Source of the DNA: Candidatus Aenigmatarchaeota archaeon
GTDB taxonomy: Archaea > Aenigmatarchaeota > Aenigmatarchaeia > Aenigmatarchaeales > JACQIB01
Length of the DNA: 32,000 nt
Assembly (NCBI GenBank): GCA_016198755.1
Contig: JACQIB010000001.1
Location: 1 to 32,000, forward strand
Direction of reading: 5' to 3'
Positions 10,471-18,084 of the stretch are shown here, one piece after another. Below the pieces are notes generated by a model. The model made no database searches. It saw only the letters and a list, made by a program, of their open reading frames with translations, and was not told the DNA's origin. The translations under genes were made by a program, and so were the position numbers. Each line of letters starts with the position of its first letter. Position 1 is the first letter of the stretch.

Positions 10471-11025
10471 TTACCAGGGCACAGCCTTTTCTTTCAGTTT
10501 AAATCCAATAAGGTTCACAGCTCTGTGCAGTATTGGAGTAATAACAAGCATTACAATAACCATACCCCAGTTTATTTCTGTAAACAAAAAGGAAAACACA
10601 AGAGCCCCTAGAATAAAGTTTAACTGATCCAGGAAAGGTATATCAGCTCCTCTATCCATTCCCAACCTTCTTTTGATAAAGCTCCCGCACATATCCCCAA
10701 TCAAAGCCCCAAATGGAACAAGCAAAATTAAAGGAAGAGTATATTGTGGAAGAGAGCCTCCAAGGGATTTTGCATAACTATTCAGGCTGGGCCATAAGAC
10801 AAACTCCGCACTCCCAACCAAACCACCCATACCAACACCCAATCCAAGACCTTCCCAGGTCTTTCCATCACCAAAAATTCTTTTTCCATCCCAAAGAGTT
10901 TTTCCAGAATCTATTGGATGGGTTCCGTGTGCAAGCGGCGGGTACATATTGGCAGCATAAGCAGGAAAAAGAATCCAGAAAGCTTTAACAAATTCTATCC
11001 ATATAAAGAACAGAACTTCAAACAA
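10471..11025 (-). CDS. carS: CDP-archaeol synthase
   Basis: PAYAANMYPPLAHGTHPIDSGKTLWDGKRIFGDGKTWEGL and GDMCGSFIKRRLGMDRGADIPFLDQLNF are hallmarks of CarS/DUF46. Confidence 0.93.
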   Translation of the reverse strand: MFEVLFFIWIEFVKAFWILFPAYAANMYPPLAHGTHPIDSGKTLWDGKRIFGDGKTWEGLGLGVGMGGLVGSAEFVLWPSLNSYAKSLGGSLPQYTLPLILLVPFGALIGDMCGSFIKRRLGMDRGADIPFLDQLNFILGALVFSFLFTEINWGMVIVMLVITPILHRAVNLIGFKLKEKAVPW

Positions 11026-11596
11026 GCTTTTTCACCCTGAAATTTGCAACCATTAAAGCAAGGGAAATTCCGCATGCTATTGCAAAAACATATTCTGGAA
11101 GGGAGAAAAAACTATAAACTGCAAAAACAGCAGGAAAAATAAGCCCGTTAAAAGTTATGGGCATTCCAATATACCCCTGCGTTGCTGTTATGTTATACCT
11201 AGCCAGCCTGAGCGCACCGCCCATTATAAGCAGAGCAGGTAAAACAAGCCCCAGCGGGTTCGTGCCAATTAGTTTCCAGCTCAGGAAAGCTGGCACAACA
11301 CCAAAGGAAAACAGGTCAGCAAGCGAATCTAAATTTTTCCCAAAATCACCCGAAGTCCCCCTTTTCCTAGAAATTCTCCCGTCATTCCAGTCTAAAAATG
11401 CTGCAATAAGCATCAGAACAACGGCTTCCCATAACCTATTATCGAAAATCAATGCAACAGATCCAAAGCTTACACCAATCTCAGCCAGAGTTATTATGTT
11501 GGCAATTGAAATAAAGTACCACATTGAAAACCTGTCATAATCTCTTACTCTTGCTCCGCGCAACTTTTTTATTTTTGAACGGAAATTATACTTCAT
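11018..11596 (-). CDS. Archaetidylserine synthase (CDP-alcohol phosphatidyltransferase)
   Basis: DWNDGRISRKRGTSGDFGKNLDSLADLFSFGVVP motif; overlaps both the carS-like and decarboxylase genes. Confidence 0.88.
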   Translation of the reverse strand: MKYNFRSKIKKLRGARVRDYDRFSMWYFISIANIITLAEIGVSFGSVALIFDNRLWEAVVLMLIAAFLDWNDGRISRKRGTSGDFGKNLDSLADLFSFGVVPAFLSWKLIGTNPLGLVLPALLIMGGALRLARYNITATQGYIGMPITFNGLIFPAVFAVYSFFSLPEYVFAIACGISLALMVANFRVKKLV

Positions 11597-12186
11597 TTAA
11601 ACTCCCCCAATACAGTTTCCCCATCCACAACATTCTCCCCCCTACTAACATTTATTTTAAACTGTTTTGATGGAAGGGCTAAAACAGTTGTGGAGCCCAA
11701 AATTATCTTACCTATTTTCTGCCCCTTTTCAATCTTAGTACCCTCTTTCACCGAGCAGACAACCCTCCTTGCCAGCGCTCCAGAAATCTGAACTATAGCT
11801 GCAACAGTTTTTCCGGTTTCCATTACAATAATGTTGCGCGCGTTCTTGAAAAGGCTTTTCTTTATGTAAACAGGCAATCTTTTACCTTCCTGATATTCAA
11901 CCCTTTTTATGGTTCCATTCAAAGGAGCCCGTGTAACATGTACATTTAGCGGGGAAAGCCTTATTACAATAAGCTTTGCTTTTTCCAATCCCTTCACTGA
12001 AAAATCAAAAAGCTTGGAGAAATTCCCTTCAAAAACTTCCACAACCTTTCCGTTTGCAGGTGATACAATACCTTTCTTTGGTACAGTCCTCTCCGGAGAG
12101 CGGTTGAAAAACATATAGAATTCCACACAAGCAACCAAAATTGCAAAAGCAGCAATCCATTCCCAAACCATACAAAACCCTTCCAT
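11593..12186 (-). CDS. Archaetidylserine decarboxylase (PSD family)
   Basis: FFNRSPERTVPKKGIVSPANGKV, SPLNVHVTRAPLNG, and the LGST pyruvoyl cleavage motif (KIILGSTTVL). Confidence 0.9.
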   Translation of the reverse strand: MEGFCMVWEWIAAFAILVACVEFYMFFNRSPERTVPKKGIVSPANGKVVEVFEGNFSKLFDFSVKGLEKAKLIVIRLSPLNVHVTRAPLNGTIKRVEYQEGKRLPVYIKKSLFKNARNIIVMETGKTVAAIVQISGALARRVVCSVKEGTKIEKGQKIGKIILGSTTVLALPSKQFKINVSRGENVVDGETVLGEFK

Positions 12187-12205
12187 TCATTGGTTAAAAA
12201 GGCAT

Positions 12206-12414
12206 TGGTGCCCCCGCTGGGATTTTCACCCTACCTGAGGGGGTAGGGCTGCATTCAACATTGTTTATGTTGTATGCACCGAAACTTTTGAAGTTTCGGT
12301 TGTAGGGGGAAACATCCCCCTGAGCTTTGAACCCAGGTCCTAAGGTCCGCAACCTCATGTCCTATCCATTCTAGCACACGAAGCTTGCTTCGCGCGAAGC
12401 TAGACTACAGGGGC
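12206..12414 (-). tRNA. tRNA-Arg(GCG), interrupted: T-loop intron plus D-loop insertion; 3' CCA encoded
   Basis: Spliced by hand: GCCCCTG TA GTCT-AGAATGGATA-GGAC A TGAGG-TTGCGGA-CCTTA GGAC CTGGG-TTCAAAT-CCCAG CGGGGGC A CCA. All four stems pair (with wobble). Confidence 0.92.
12223..12325 (-). other. 103-nt archaeal tRNA intron at position 59/60 (T-loop)
   Basis: BHB: exon helix CTGGG/CCCAG, central helix TTCA/TGAA, 3-nt bulges AAG and AAT, start of inner helix CTC/GGG. Cuts AA|G and AA|T give TTCAAAT. Confidence 0.88.
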
Positions 12415-12475
12415 TACAGAAGATTTAAATACCTTTAGCTTTTAAATAGAGCAGAAGTATGGAAGTTGTGAGAAA

Positions 12476-12637
12476 ATGGTATTGAAGTGCAGCACATGTG
12501 GGATTAATCTGGTTGGACAGGAAGAGTTTACAAAGTTTTTATGTCCATCCTGCGGGCAAAAAGAGTTTGTACGTTGCAGGCAGTGCAAAGTCCATTCCAC
12601 CAAGTATAAGTGCGAGTGCGGTTTTGAGGGGCCATAA
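12476..12637 (+). CDS. Small zinc-ribbon protein, archaeal HVO_2753-like, 53 aa (not in ORF track)
   Basis: MVLKCSTCGINLVGQEEFTKFLCPSCGQKEFVRCRQCKVHSTKYKCECGFEGP*; stop at 12635-12637 abuts ATG of aEF-1beta at 12638. Confidence 0.88.
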   Translation: MVLKCSTCGINLVGQEEFTKFLCPSCGQKEFVRCRQCKVHSTKYKCECGFEGP

Positions 12638-12889
12638 ATGGGAACCGTTGCAATATCCATAAAAATTACACCAGAATCCCCAGAAGTGGATATAGAGAAT
12701 ATCAAAAAGAAGATACTTTCTGACATGGTTGTTAAAGACCTAAAAATAGAGCCAATAGCTTTTGGTCTGAAAGCAATCAAAATTTTGATAGTTAAAAATG
12801 ATACAGGCGGGACAGATGATGTTGAGGAAAAAATAAGGGGAATAGATGGGGTTGGAAGTGTGGAAGTGGAAAGCGTTACGTTACTTTAG
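12638..12889 (+). CDS. Archaeal elongation factor 1-beta
   Basis: MGTVAISIKITPESPEVDIE ... PIAFGLKAIKILIVKNDTGGTDDVEEKIRGIDGVGSVEVESVTLL. Confidence 0.93.
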   Translation: MGTVAISIKITPESPEVDIENIKKKILSDMVVKDLKIEPIAFGLKAIKILIVKNDTGGTDDVEEKIRGIDGVGSVEVESVTLL

Positions 12890-12903
12890 AAAAGAAAAAG
12901 AGG

Positions 12904-13140
12904 TTGATAGAAATGGTAGAATTTGAAACAATGAGCTCAGCTGAAATAAAGTTCGGGAACAACAAGTTCCTGGAAGTTGCGAGGAAAAAGGCAAAGGGAG
13001 AAAGCGGTGAGACGGAAATTATTTCCATCTCAAAAGGCTTCATAGGATATGATGGGCAGAAAAGGTTCAAGAAATCCCTTGGTTTCCCTGCAGACAAGAA
13101 TATTATAGAAGAGCTGGCTGAAAAGATTAAAACAATCTAG
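12904..13140 (+). CDS. Small conserved-looking hypothetical protein (78 aa)
   Basis: ORF between aEF-1beta and the convergent mini-gene; no family recognised. Confidence 0.6.
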   Translation: MIEMVEFETMSSAEIKFGNNKFLEVARKKAKGESGETEIISISKGFIGYDGQKRFKKSLGFPADKNIIEELAEKIKTI

Positions 13141-13265
13141 ATTTGTTTTGTTCCACTACAAACTTTACATCCGTAGGGTAGGGAACAGGTTTTACATATA
13201 GTAGCTCCGCAAACCTTACAGGTTGCTGCAGCCAAGCCCCCGCATCCAGTACATATACCAACCAT
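13137..13265 (-). CDS. 42-aa cysteine-rich zinc-binding-like mini-protein (not in ORF track)
   Basis: MVGICTGCGGLAAATCKVCGATICKTCSLPYGCKVCSGTKQI*, four CxxC pairs in 42 aa. Confidence 0.75.
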   Translation of the reverse strand: MVGICTGCGGLAAATCKVCGATICKTCSLPYGCKVCSGTKQI

Positions 13266-13306
13266 AAAGAGTTTTAACCTAGCTAGCTTAAAGCTATTGT
13301 GGTTTA

Positions 13307-14158
13307 ATGGTACTCGAGTTTATAGTTGAGAAGGAGCTGAAGAAGCCTGTAAACCTTTTATTAACAGGCATACTGATCTCCTGCATTGCAATAGTTGTTT
13401 CCCTTTCCTTATTCGTAAGAACCCCCTCCCTTGTTCTTGTTGCTTTCATGACTTTGCCTGCAATCTATATTTTTACAAAGTTATTTGAAAAAGAAAGCAC
13501 TGCAGAGCTAAAAGCAAAAACAACTCTGGAGCTGATAAAAAAGAACAAGGATGTAATAGAGATGTATACTATACTTTTCATTGGAATGAGTATCGGAATA
13601 TCTCTCTGGTATGCATTCATGCCAAGGGAAACACTTTCAGTTTTGTTCTCCGAGCAGCTATACAATTTAAACCAGCTTGGTGTTTCTACAGGCTTCTATA
13701 CTTCCAGCTCTATCTTTAACGTTATTGTAGAAAACAATGCAAAACTCGTACTTTTGTCTGCAGCTCTTAGTTTTATTTTCGGTGCAGGCGCCCTCTATAT
13801 TTTATCATGGAACGCTTCTGTTGTTGGCTCTGCAGTTGGAACGCTTATCTATGGTATACGTACAGCAGAGTCAAACTCTGCAATAGGACTCTTGAAAGGG
13901 CTGGGAATGGGAGCAGCTTTTTATATACTGCATTTAGTTCCTGAAGTTATAGCCTATTTTAATGCTGCTATTGCCGGTGCAATAATATCAGTTGCAATAA
14001 TGCGTTACCAACCGCTCACAAAGCACAGCAACAAGCTGATATTTGCAGGCCTTTTCCTGATAGCACTCTCACTGATTTTGATTGTTTTCGCAGCAATGAT
14101 TGAAGTTGGTATAAGTCACCAGATACAATCGATCTTAAATCCTGCGCGCGGTTTCTAG
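13307..14158 (+). CDS. SpoIIM-family (stage II sporulation M-like) membrane protein
   Basis: Multi-TM ORF with GIRTAESNSAIGLLKGLGMGAAFYILHLVPEVIAYFNAAIAGA pattern. Confidence 0.7.
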   Translation: MVLEFIVEKELKKPVNLLLTGILISCIAIVVSLSLFVRTPSLVLVAFMTLPAIYIFTKLFEKESTAELKAKTTLELIKKNKDVIEMYTILFIGMSIGISLWYAFMPRETLSVLFSEQLYNLNQLGVSTGFYTSSSIFNVIVENNAKLVLLSAALSFIFGAGALYILSWNASVVGSAVGTLIYGIRTAESNSAIGLLKGLGMGAAFYILHLVPEVIAYFNAAIAGAIISVAIMRYQPLTKHSNKLIFAGLFLIALSLILIVFAAMIEVGISHQIQSILNPARGF

Positions 14159-14646
14159 GGCAGTTTTAGTTTTGCAAGCATTTCTACATAAGTGTTTAAT
14201 CTCTTTACCTGAGCTTCAATAATGTTCAGGGTTCTGAGAACATCCTTGTTTTCCTCTCCCTGCAGTTCTTTCCTGTATTTTGCAAACCTCTCCAAACTAT
14301 CCCCAACAGATTTTTGTATCTTTATAACAAAAGCCCTCTTTAACCCATCCAGCAAGTCCCCCTGCAGTTCAATATACAGGTTCCTGTCTCCAACCTTCTT
14401 TATTTTCTTAATCATACCTAAAAACTCCAGCAAATCCAAGCTAAGGGAGATTGCTGCAGAAGAAACACCAACTTCTTTTGCCAGCTCTTTCATGCTCAGT
14501 GTTTTTCCTGCAACCAAGAGCGCAGCCAGTATCCTCCCATTAATATCAGAATAACCAATAGAGGAGGCTATATCAGCAAAAGCCATGTAAATTTCCTTTT
14601 CAATTTCACGTTTTGTCGTTCCCATGTTCTGCACCTGTCTATTCAC
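14155..14646 (-). CDS. GbsR/MarR-like winged-HTH transcriptional regulator
   Basis: AALLVAGKTLSMKELAKEVGVSSAAISLSLDLLEFLGMIKKI; divergent from the Tes-like gene. Initiator may be an internal start near 14627 (MGTTKREIE). Confidence 0.8.
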   Translation of the reverse strand: MNRQVQNMGTTKREIEKEIYMAFADIASSIGYSDINGRILAALLVAGKTLSMKELAKEVGVSSAAISLSLDLLEFLGMIKKIKKVGDRNLYIELQGDLLDGLKRAFVIKIQKSVGDSLERFAKYRKELQGEENKDVLRTLNIIEAQVKRLNTYVEMLAKLKLP

Positions 14647-14708
14647 TACAGAGTAATAGCTTAGTTTTATATACCACCGCCCCTATAAATCCTTTAAACA
14701 TTAACAAG

Positions 14709-14726
14709 ATTTAAAACGTTTTAAAT
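14709..14726. promoter_or_regulatory. Perfect 18-bp palindrome ATTTAAAACGTTTTAAAT, candidate operator over the tes TATA box
   Basis: Direct reading; flanks extend the symmetry (ACAAg...gTTGT) with one mismatched pair. Confidence 0.6.
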
Positions 14727-14739
14727 GTTGTGATAACAC

Positions 14740-16455
14740 ATGGCAGAACTGGCAACAGAGTTTATACCAAAAACAACATTGGAAATGAAAGAGGGAGAAA
14801 CCCTATACTATAAGTCAGCTTCTCTCTGTCCGGAGTGCTTAAAATTAATACCAATGAATGTTTTTGAGAAAGATGGAAAAGTTTTGCTCAGGAAAGCCTG
14901 CAAGGAACATGGAACAATAGAAGATGTTTATTGGGGGAATTCAGAGCTGTTCAAGAAGGCTAAAACATTCGAAGTTAAAGGGAGGGGATTGGAAAATCCA
15001 TTCATAACAAAGGACAATCCTATATGTCCTCAGGATTGTGGTCTTTGTTCAATACACGAGACTCACTCAGGCTTAACAAATTTGGTTATAACAAACCGCT
15101 GTGACTTAACCTGCTGGTACTGTTTCTTTTATGCTGAGAAAGCTGGCTATATTTATGAACCAACTTTAGATCAAATACGCGGAATGGTCGCACAGATAAA
15201 GGATGAAAAGCCAATTGCAGGAAATGCAATCCAGATTACAGGAGGAAACCCTGAACTAAGAGATGATTTGCCTGAAATAATAAAAATAATAAAGGAAGTC
15301 GGAATAGATCATGTTCAATTGAATACAAATGGCACAAACAAACTTTTCAAAGACCTGAACTTTGCAAAATCCATACGCGCCGCAGGAGTAAACACGGTTT
15401 ACCTGAGCTATGATGGTGTAACTCCGCAAACAAACCCAAAGAACCATTGGGAAGCACCTGCAATTTTAGATAACTGCAGGAAATCAAACCTTGGGGTTGT
15501 TCTTGTCCCAACTGTCATAAGGACAATAAACGACCATGAGATAGGAGATATACTGAAATTCGGATTTGATAATAATGATATTATAAAAGGAGTTAATTAC
15601 CAGCCAGTTTCTTTGGTTGGAAGAATGCCCACAAAAGAAAGGGAACGATTCAGAATAACAATACCAGATGTAATTGAAAAGCTTGAGGAAGCTACTAACG
15701 GTCAGGTTGGAAGGGAAGCTTTCTATCCAGTTCCATGTACAGTTATACTTTCAAACTTTGTAGAGGCTTTAACAGGCGGACCCAAATATGAGCTTTCAAT
15801 TAATCCAGCCTGCGGAATGGCAACCTATATTTTCAAGGATGGGGAAAAGCTTATACCAATAACAGACTTTGTGGATGTGGACGGTTTGTATGGATATCTA
15901 CGAGAGCAAACAGAAGCTCTGCAGAGCGGCGCAAACAAGTATGTTGTTATTGCGAAAATGATGACTAAACTCCCTTCATTCATAGACAATGATCGCCAGC
16001 CAAAGTGGCTTAACCTAGGAAAAGTCCTGTTCAATATTTTAGTAAAACATAACTATGAGGCTCTGGGTGCTTTCCACAAGAATGCTTTGTTCGTTGGAAT
16101 GATGCACTTCCAGGACCTATATAATTGGGATATACAGAGGATAAAGAAGTGCGACATCCATTACGCTACACCTGAAGGAGTTATCCCATTTTGTACATTC
16201 AATGTTATACCAGAATGGTACAGGGACAAGATACAGAAGAAACATTCTATCTCTTTACAGGAGTGGGAACAGAGGACAGGTCAGAGTTTGAAGGGAGGAT
16301 ACTACAAGAGGAACATTAAAGCTCTTATGGCAGATCCGCTCTATGCTAAAACTTATCCAAAAATTGCAGCCAAGCTTGCTGCACGCGCTGCTGCTCTTCC
16401 AGTTGCCCAGCCAGCCCAGTCTTCTTGCGCCACAGGCCCAGGCTGCGGTTGCTGA
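14740..16455 (+). CDS. tes: Radical SAM protein, Tes-like (tetraether synthase) with Cys-rich C-terminus
   Basis: CPECLKLIPMNVFEKDGKVLLRKACKEHG, CDLTCWYCFFYAEKAGYIYEP, ITGGNPELRDDLPEI, LNTNGTNK, NPACGMATYIF. Confidence 0.85.
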   Translation: MAELATEFIPKTTLEMKEGETLYYKSASLCPECLKLIPMNVFEKDGKVLLRKACKEHGTIEDVYWGNSELFKKAKTFEVKGRGLENPFITKDNPICPQDCGLCSIHETHSGLTNLVITNRCDLTCWYCFFYAEKAGYIYEPTLDQIRGMVAQIKDEKPIAGNAIQITGGNPELRDDLPEIIKIIKEVGIDHVQLNTNGTNKLFKDLNFAKSIRAAGVNTVYLSYDGVTPQTNPKNHWEAPAILDNCRKSNLGVVLVPTVIRTINDHEIGDILKFGFDNNDIIKGVNYQPVSLVGRMPTKERERFRITIPDVIEKLEEATNGQVGREAFYPVPCTVILSNFVEALTGGPKYELSINPACGMATYIFKDGEKLIPITDFVDVDGLYGYLREQTEALQSGANKYVVIAKMMTKLPSFIDNDRQPKWLNLGKVLFNILVKHNYEALGAFHKNALFVGMMHFQDLYNWDIQRIKKCDIHYATPEGVIPFCTFNVIPEWYRDKIQKKHSISLQEWEQRTGQSLKGGYYKRNIKALMADPLYAKTYPKIAAKLAARAAALPVAQPAQSSCATGPGCGC

Positions 16456-16562
16456 AACGAGTTTCTAAGAAATAAGCCTATATTTAGCAACGTCTATTGA
16501 ATAGGCTAAAAAGCATATATTTATATACTTTGATATATACTAATATATAAAGAGGCACGAAT

Positions 16563-16826
16563 ATGGCAGTGGCACAAATATTACACTATCCAAACCTAAA
16601 AACAGTGTTAATGGTAGAGGAAGTGCTAAAAAGGGCAGATACAGCACTAACAAAACAAGAGATAAAGGAAAGGCTTCCAAAAGCAGTCATGCACCAAACT
16701 TTGAATGTAACATTGGAATACTTGGAAGAAAAGGGGATGGTAGCCTTTACAAGCAAGGGAATAGTTTGGATATACAACCCCAGCTCTAAAATGAAAACCG
16801 CTTTAGAAAACGCAGTAGAAGTCTGA
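16563..16826 (+). CDS. Winged-HTH protein, candidate antitoxin/autorepressor
   Basis: VEEVLKRADTALTKQEIKERLPKAVMHQTLNVTLEYLEEKGMVAFTSKGIVWIY; 10 bp before the RelE-like ORF. Confidence 0.65.
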   Translation: MAVAQILHYPNLKTVLMVEEVLKRADTALTKQEIKERLPKAVMHQTLNVTLEYLEEKGMVAFTSKGIVWIYNPSSKMKTALENAVEV

Positions 16827-16836
16827 GGGGATTATT

Positions 16837-17214
16837 ATGTTTTCCTCAAAGTCAATAAGGACAAAGCTCTCTGAAGAGGCGGATGAGCAATTCAAAGAGT
16901 TAAACAAAATTGTTGGGGAAGAAGTTGCAACTGGCATATCAAGCTCAGAAAATCAAACCCTCCTGCGCTCCGTTAAACGAGCAATTGATATTATAAAGCA
17001 AAATCCATTTGCTGGTACACAAATAAGGAAGGAGCAGATACCTACAAAATACTTGCTGAAATATGATGCAAATAATCTATGGAAGCTTGACCTCTCTAAC
17101 TATTGGAGAATGCTTTACACAGTCATAGGAAGTGAAATAGAGATAATATCATTTATTCTGGACATAGTAGACCATAGGACATATGATAAAGTTTTCGGCT
17201 ATAGAAAAAGGTAA
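16837..17214 (+). CDS. RelE/ParE-superfamily-like toxin
   Basis: FKELNK...IDIIKQNPFAGTQI...WKLDLSNYWRMLYTVIGSEIEIISFILDIVDHRTYDKVFGYRKR. Confidence 0.75.
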   Translation: MFSSKSIRTKLSEEADEQFKELNKIVGEEVATGISSSENQTLLRSVKRAIDIIKQNPFAGTQIRKEQIPTKYLLKYDANNLWKLDLSNYWRMLYTVIGSEIEIISFILDIVDHRTYDKVFGYRKR

Positions 17215-17244
17215 TTTAAAAGCCAACACCCCAAATAATAGCTT

Positions 17245-17559
17245 ATGCCAGATTACTGCCAGCTCTTTATCAGCGCTACAACAAAGAAAGAAGCCGAGGC
17301 AATAGGTAGGCAACTTTTAAAGAGAAAATTGATAGCAGGATATCTTCTCCTGAAAGGCCCTTCAATGTTCTGGTGGAAAGGGAAAATTACAAGGACGATT
17401 TACTACAACCTAATGGCCTTTTCTCTCATGAAAAACAAGCCTAAAATTATTTCTGCTGTCAGAAAAGTTACAAACGAGAGCGTTCCAATTATTTCCTTCT
17501 CAAAAATAGATGGGAATAAAGAATTCCTTTCTTGGATAAATAATAGCTGCAAGGCTTAG
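17245..17559 (+). CDS. CutA1-like protein
   Basis: FISATTKKEAEAIGRQLLKRKLIAGYLLLKGPSMFWWKGKI ... KIISAVRKVTNESVPIISF. Confidence 0.75.
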   Translation: MPDYCQLFISATTKKEAEAIGRQLLKRKLIAGYLLLKGPSMFWWKGKITRTIYYNLMAFSLMKNKPKIISAVRKVTNESVPIISFSKIDGNKEFLSWINNSCKA

Positions 17560-17633
17560 AGCCCTTCTAAGAAATCTCACGTTTTTAGATGGTGTATTTA
17601 AACTTCAAAAAGCAATTATTAAATTAGGTTATT

Positions 17634-17849
17634 ATGGAGGCAATAGTTCAAATAAAACGAGATGGTAAGTGGTTTGTTGCAACAGATTTGGTTACATATG
17701 TTGCAGACCAGGGTCTAACAAGGGAAGAAGCTATTCAGAATCTCCAAACTGGTCTGCGTGAACACTACAAAACTCTTTTTCACATAGCCCAGAAGAAACA
17801 ATCTCATGTAATAATAAAAGACCTTAAAATACCTCAATTTGCAAAGTAA
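17634..17849 (+). CDS. hicB: HicB-like antitoxin, short
   Basis: VQIKRDGKWFVATDLVTYVADQGLTREEAIQNLQTGLREHY directly upstream of a HicA ORF. Confidence 0.72.
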   Translation: MEAIVQIKRDGKWFVATDLVTYVADQGLTREEAIQNLQTGLREHYKTLFHIAQKKQSHVIIKDLKIPQFAK

Positions 17850-17864
17850 AATGAGCGTGCTAAA

Positions 17865-18083
17865 ATGAGGCTTCCTGTGATTTCTGGAAAAGAAATGGGA
17901 AAAATATTAGAGAAGCATGGTTTTGTTTTTGTACGGCAGAGTGGGAGCCATCTGCACTATTGGAGTGAAGAAAAGCTAAGACTTGTAACAGTTCCAAATC
18001 ACCCAGAGCTGGCCTTAGGCACACTCCTTTCAATATTAAAACAGGCAAGCTTAGATAGAGGTATATTTGAAAGGAGGAGATAA
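17865..18083 (+). CDS. hicA: HicA/YcfA-like mRNA interferase toxin
   Basis: ISGKEMGKILEKHGFVFVRQSGSHLHYWSEEKLRLVTVPNHPELALGTLLSILKQASL. Confidence 0.9.
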   Translation: MRLPVISGKEMGKILEKHGFVFVRQSGSHLHYWSEEKLRLVTVPNHPELALGTLLSILKQASLDRGIFERRR

Positions 18084-18084
18084 A

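Noticed and set aside
12442-12780. Minus-strand ORF across the zinc-ribbon / aEF-1beta genes
   Set aside because: Antisense to two recognisable genes; low plausibility product.
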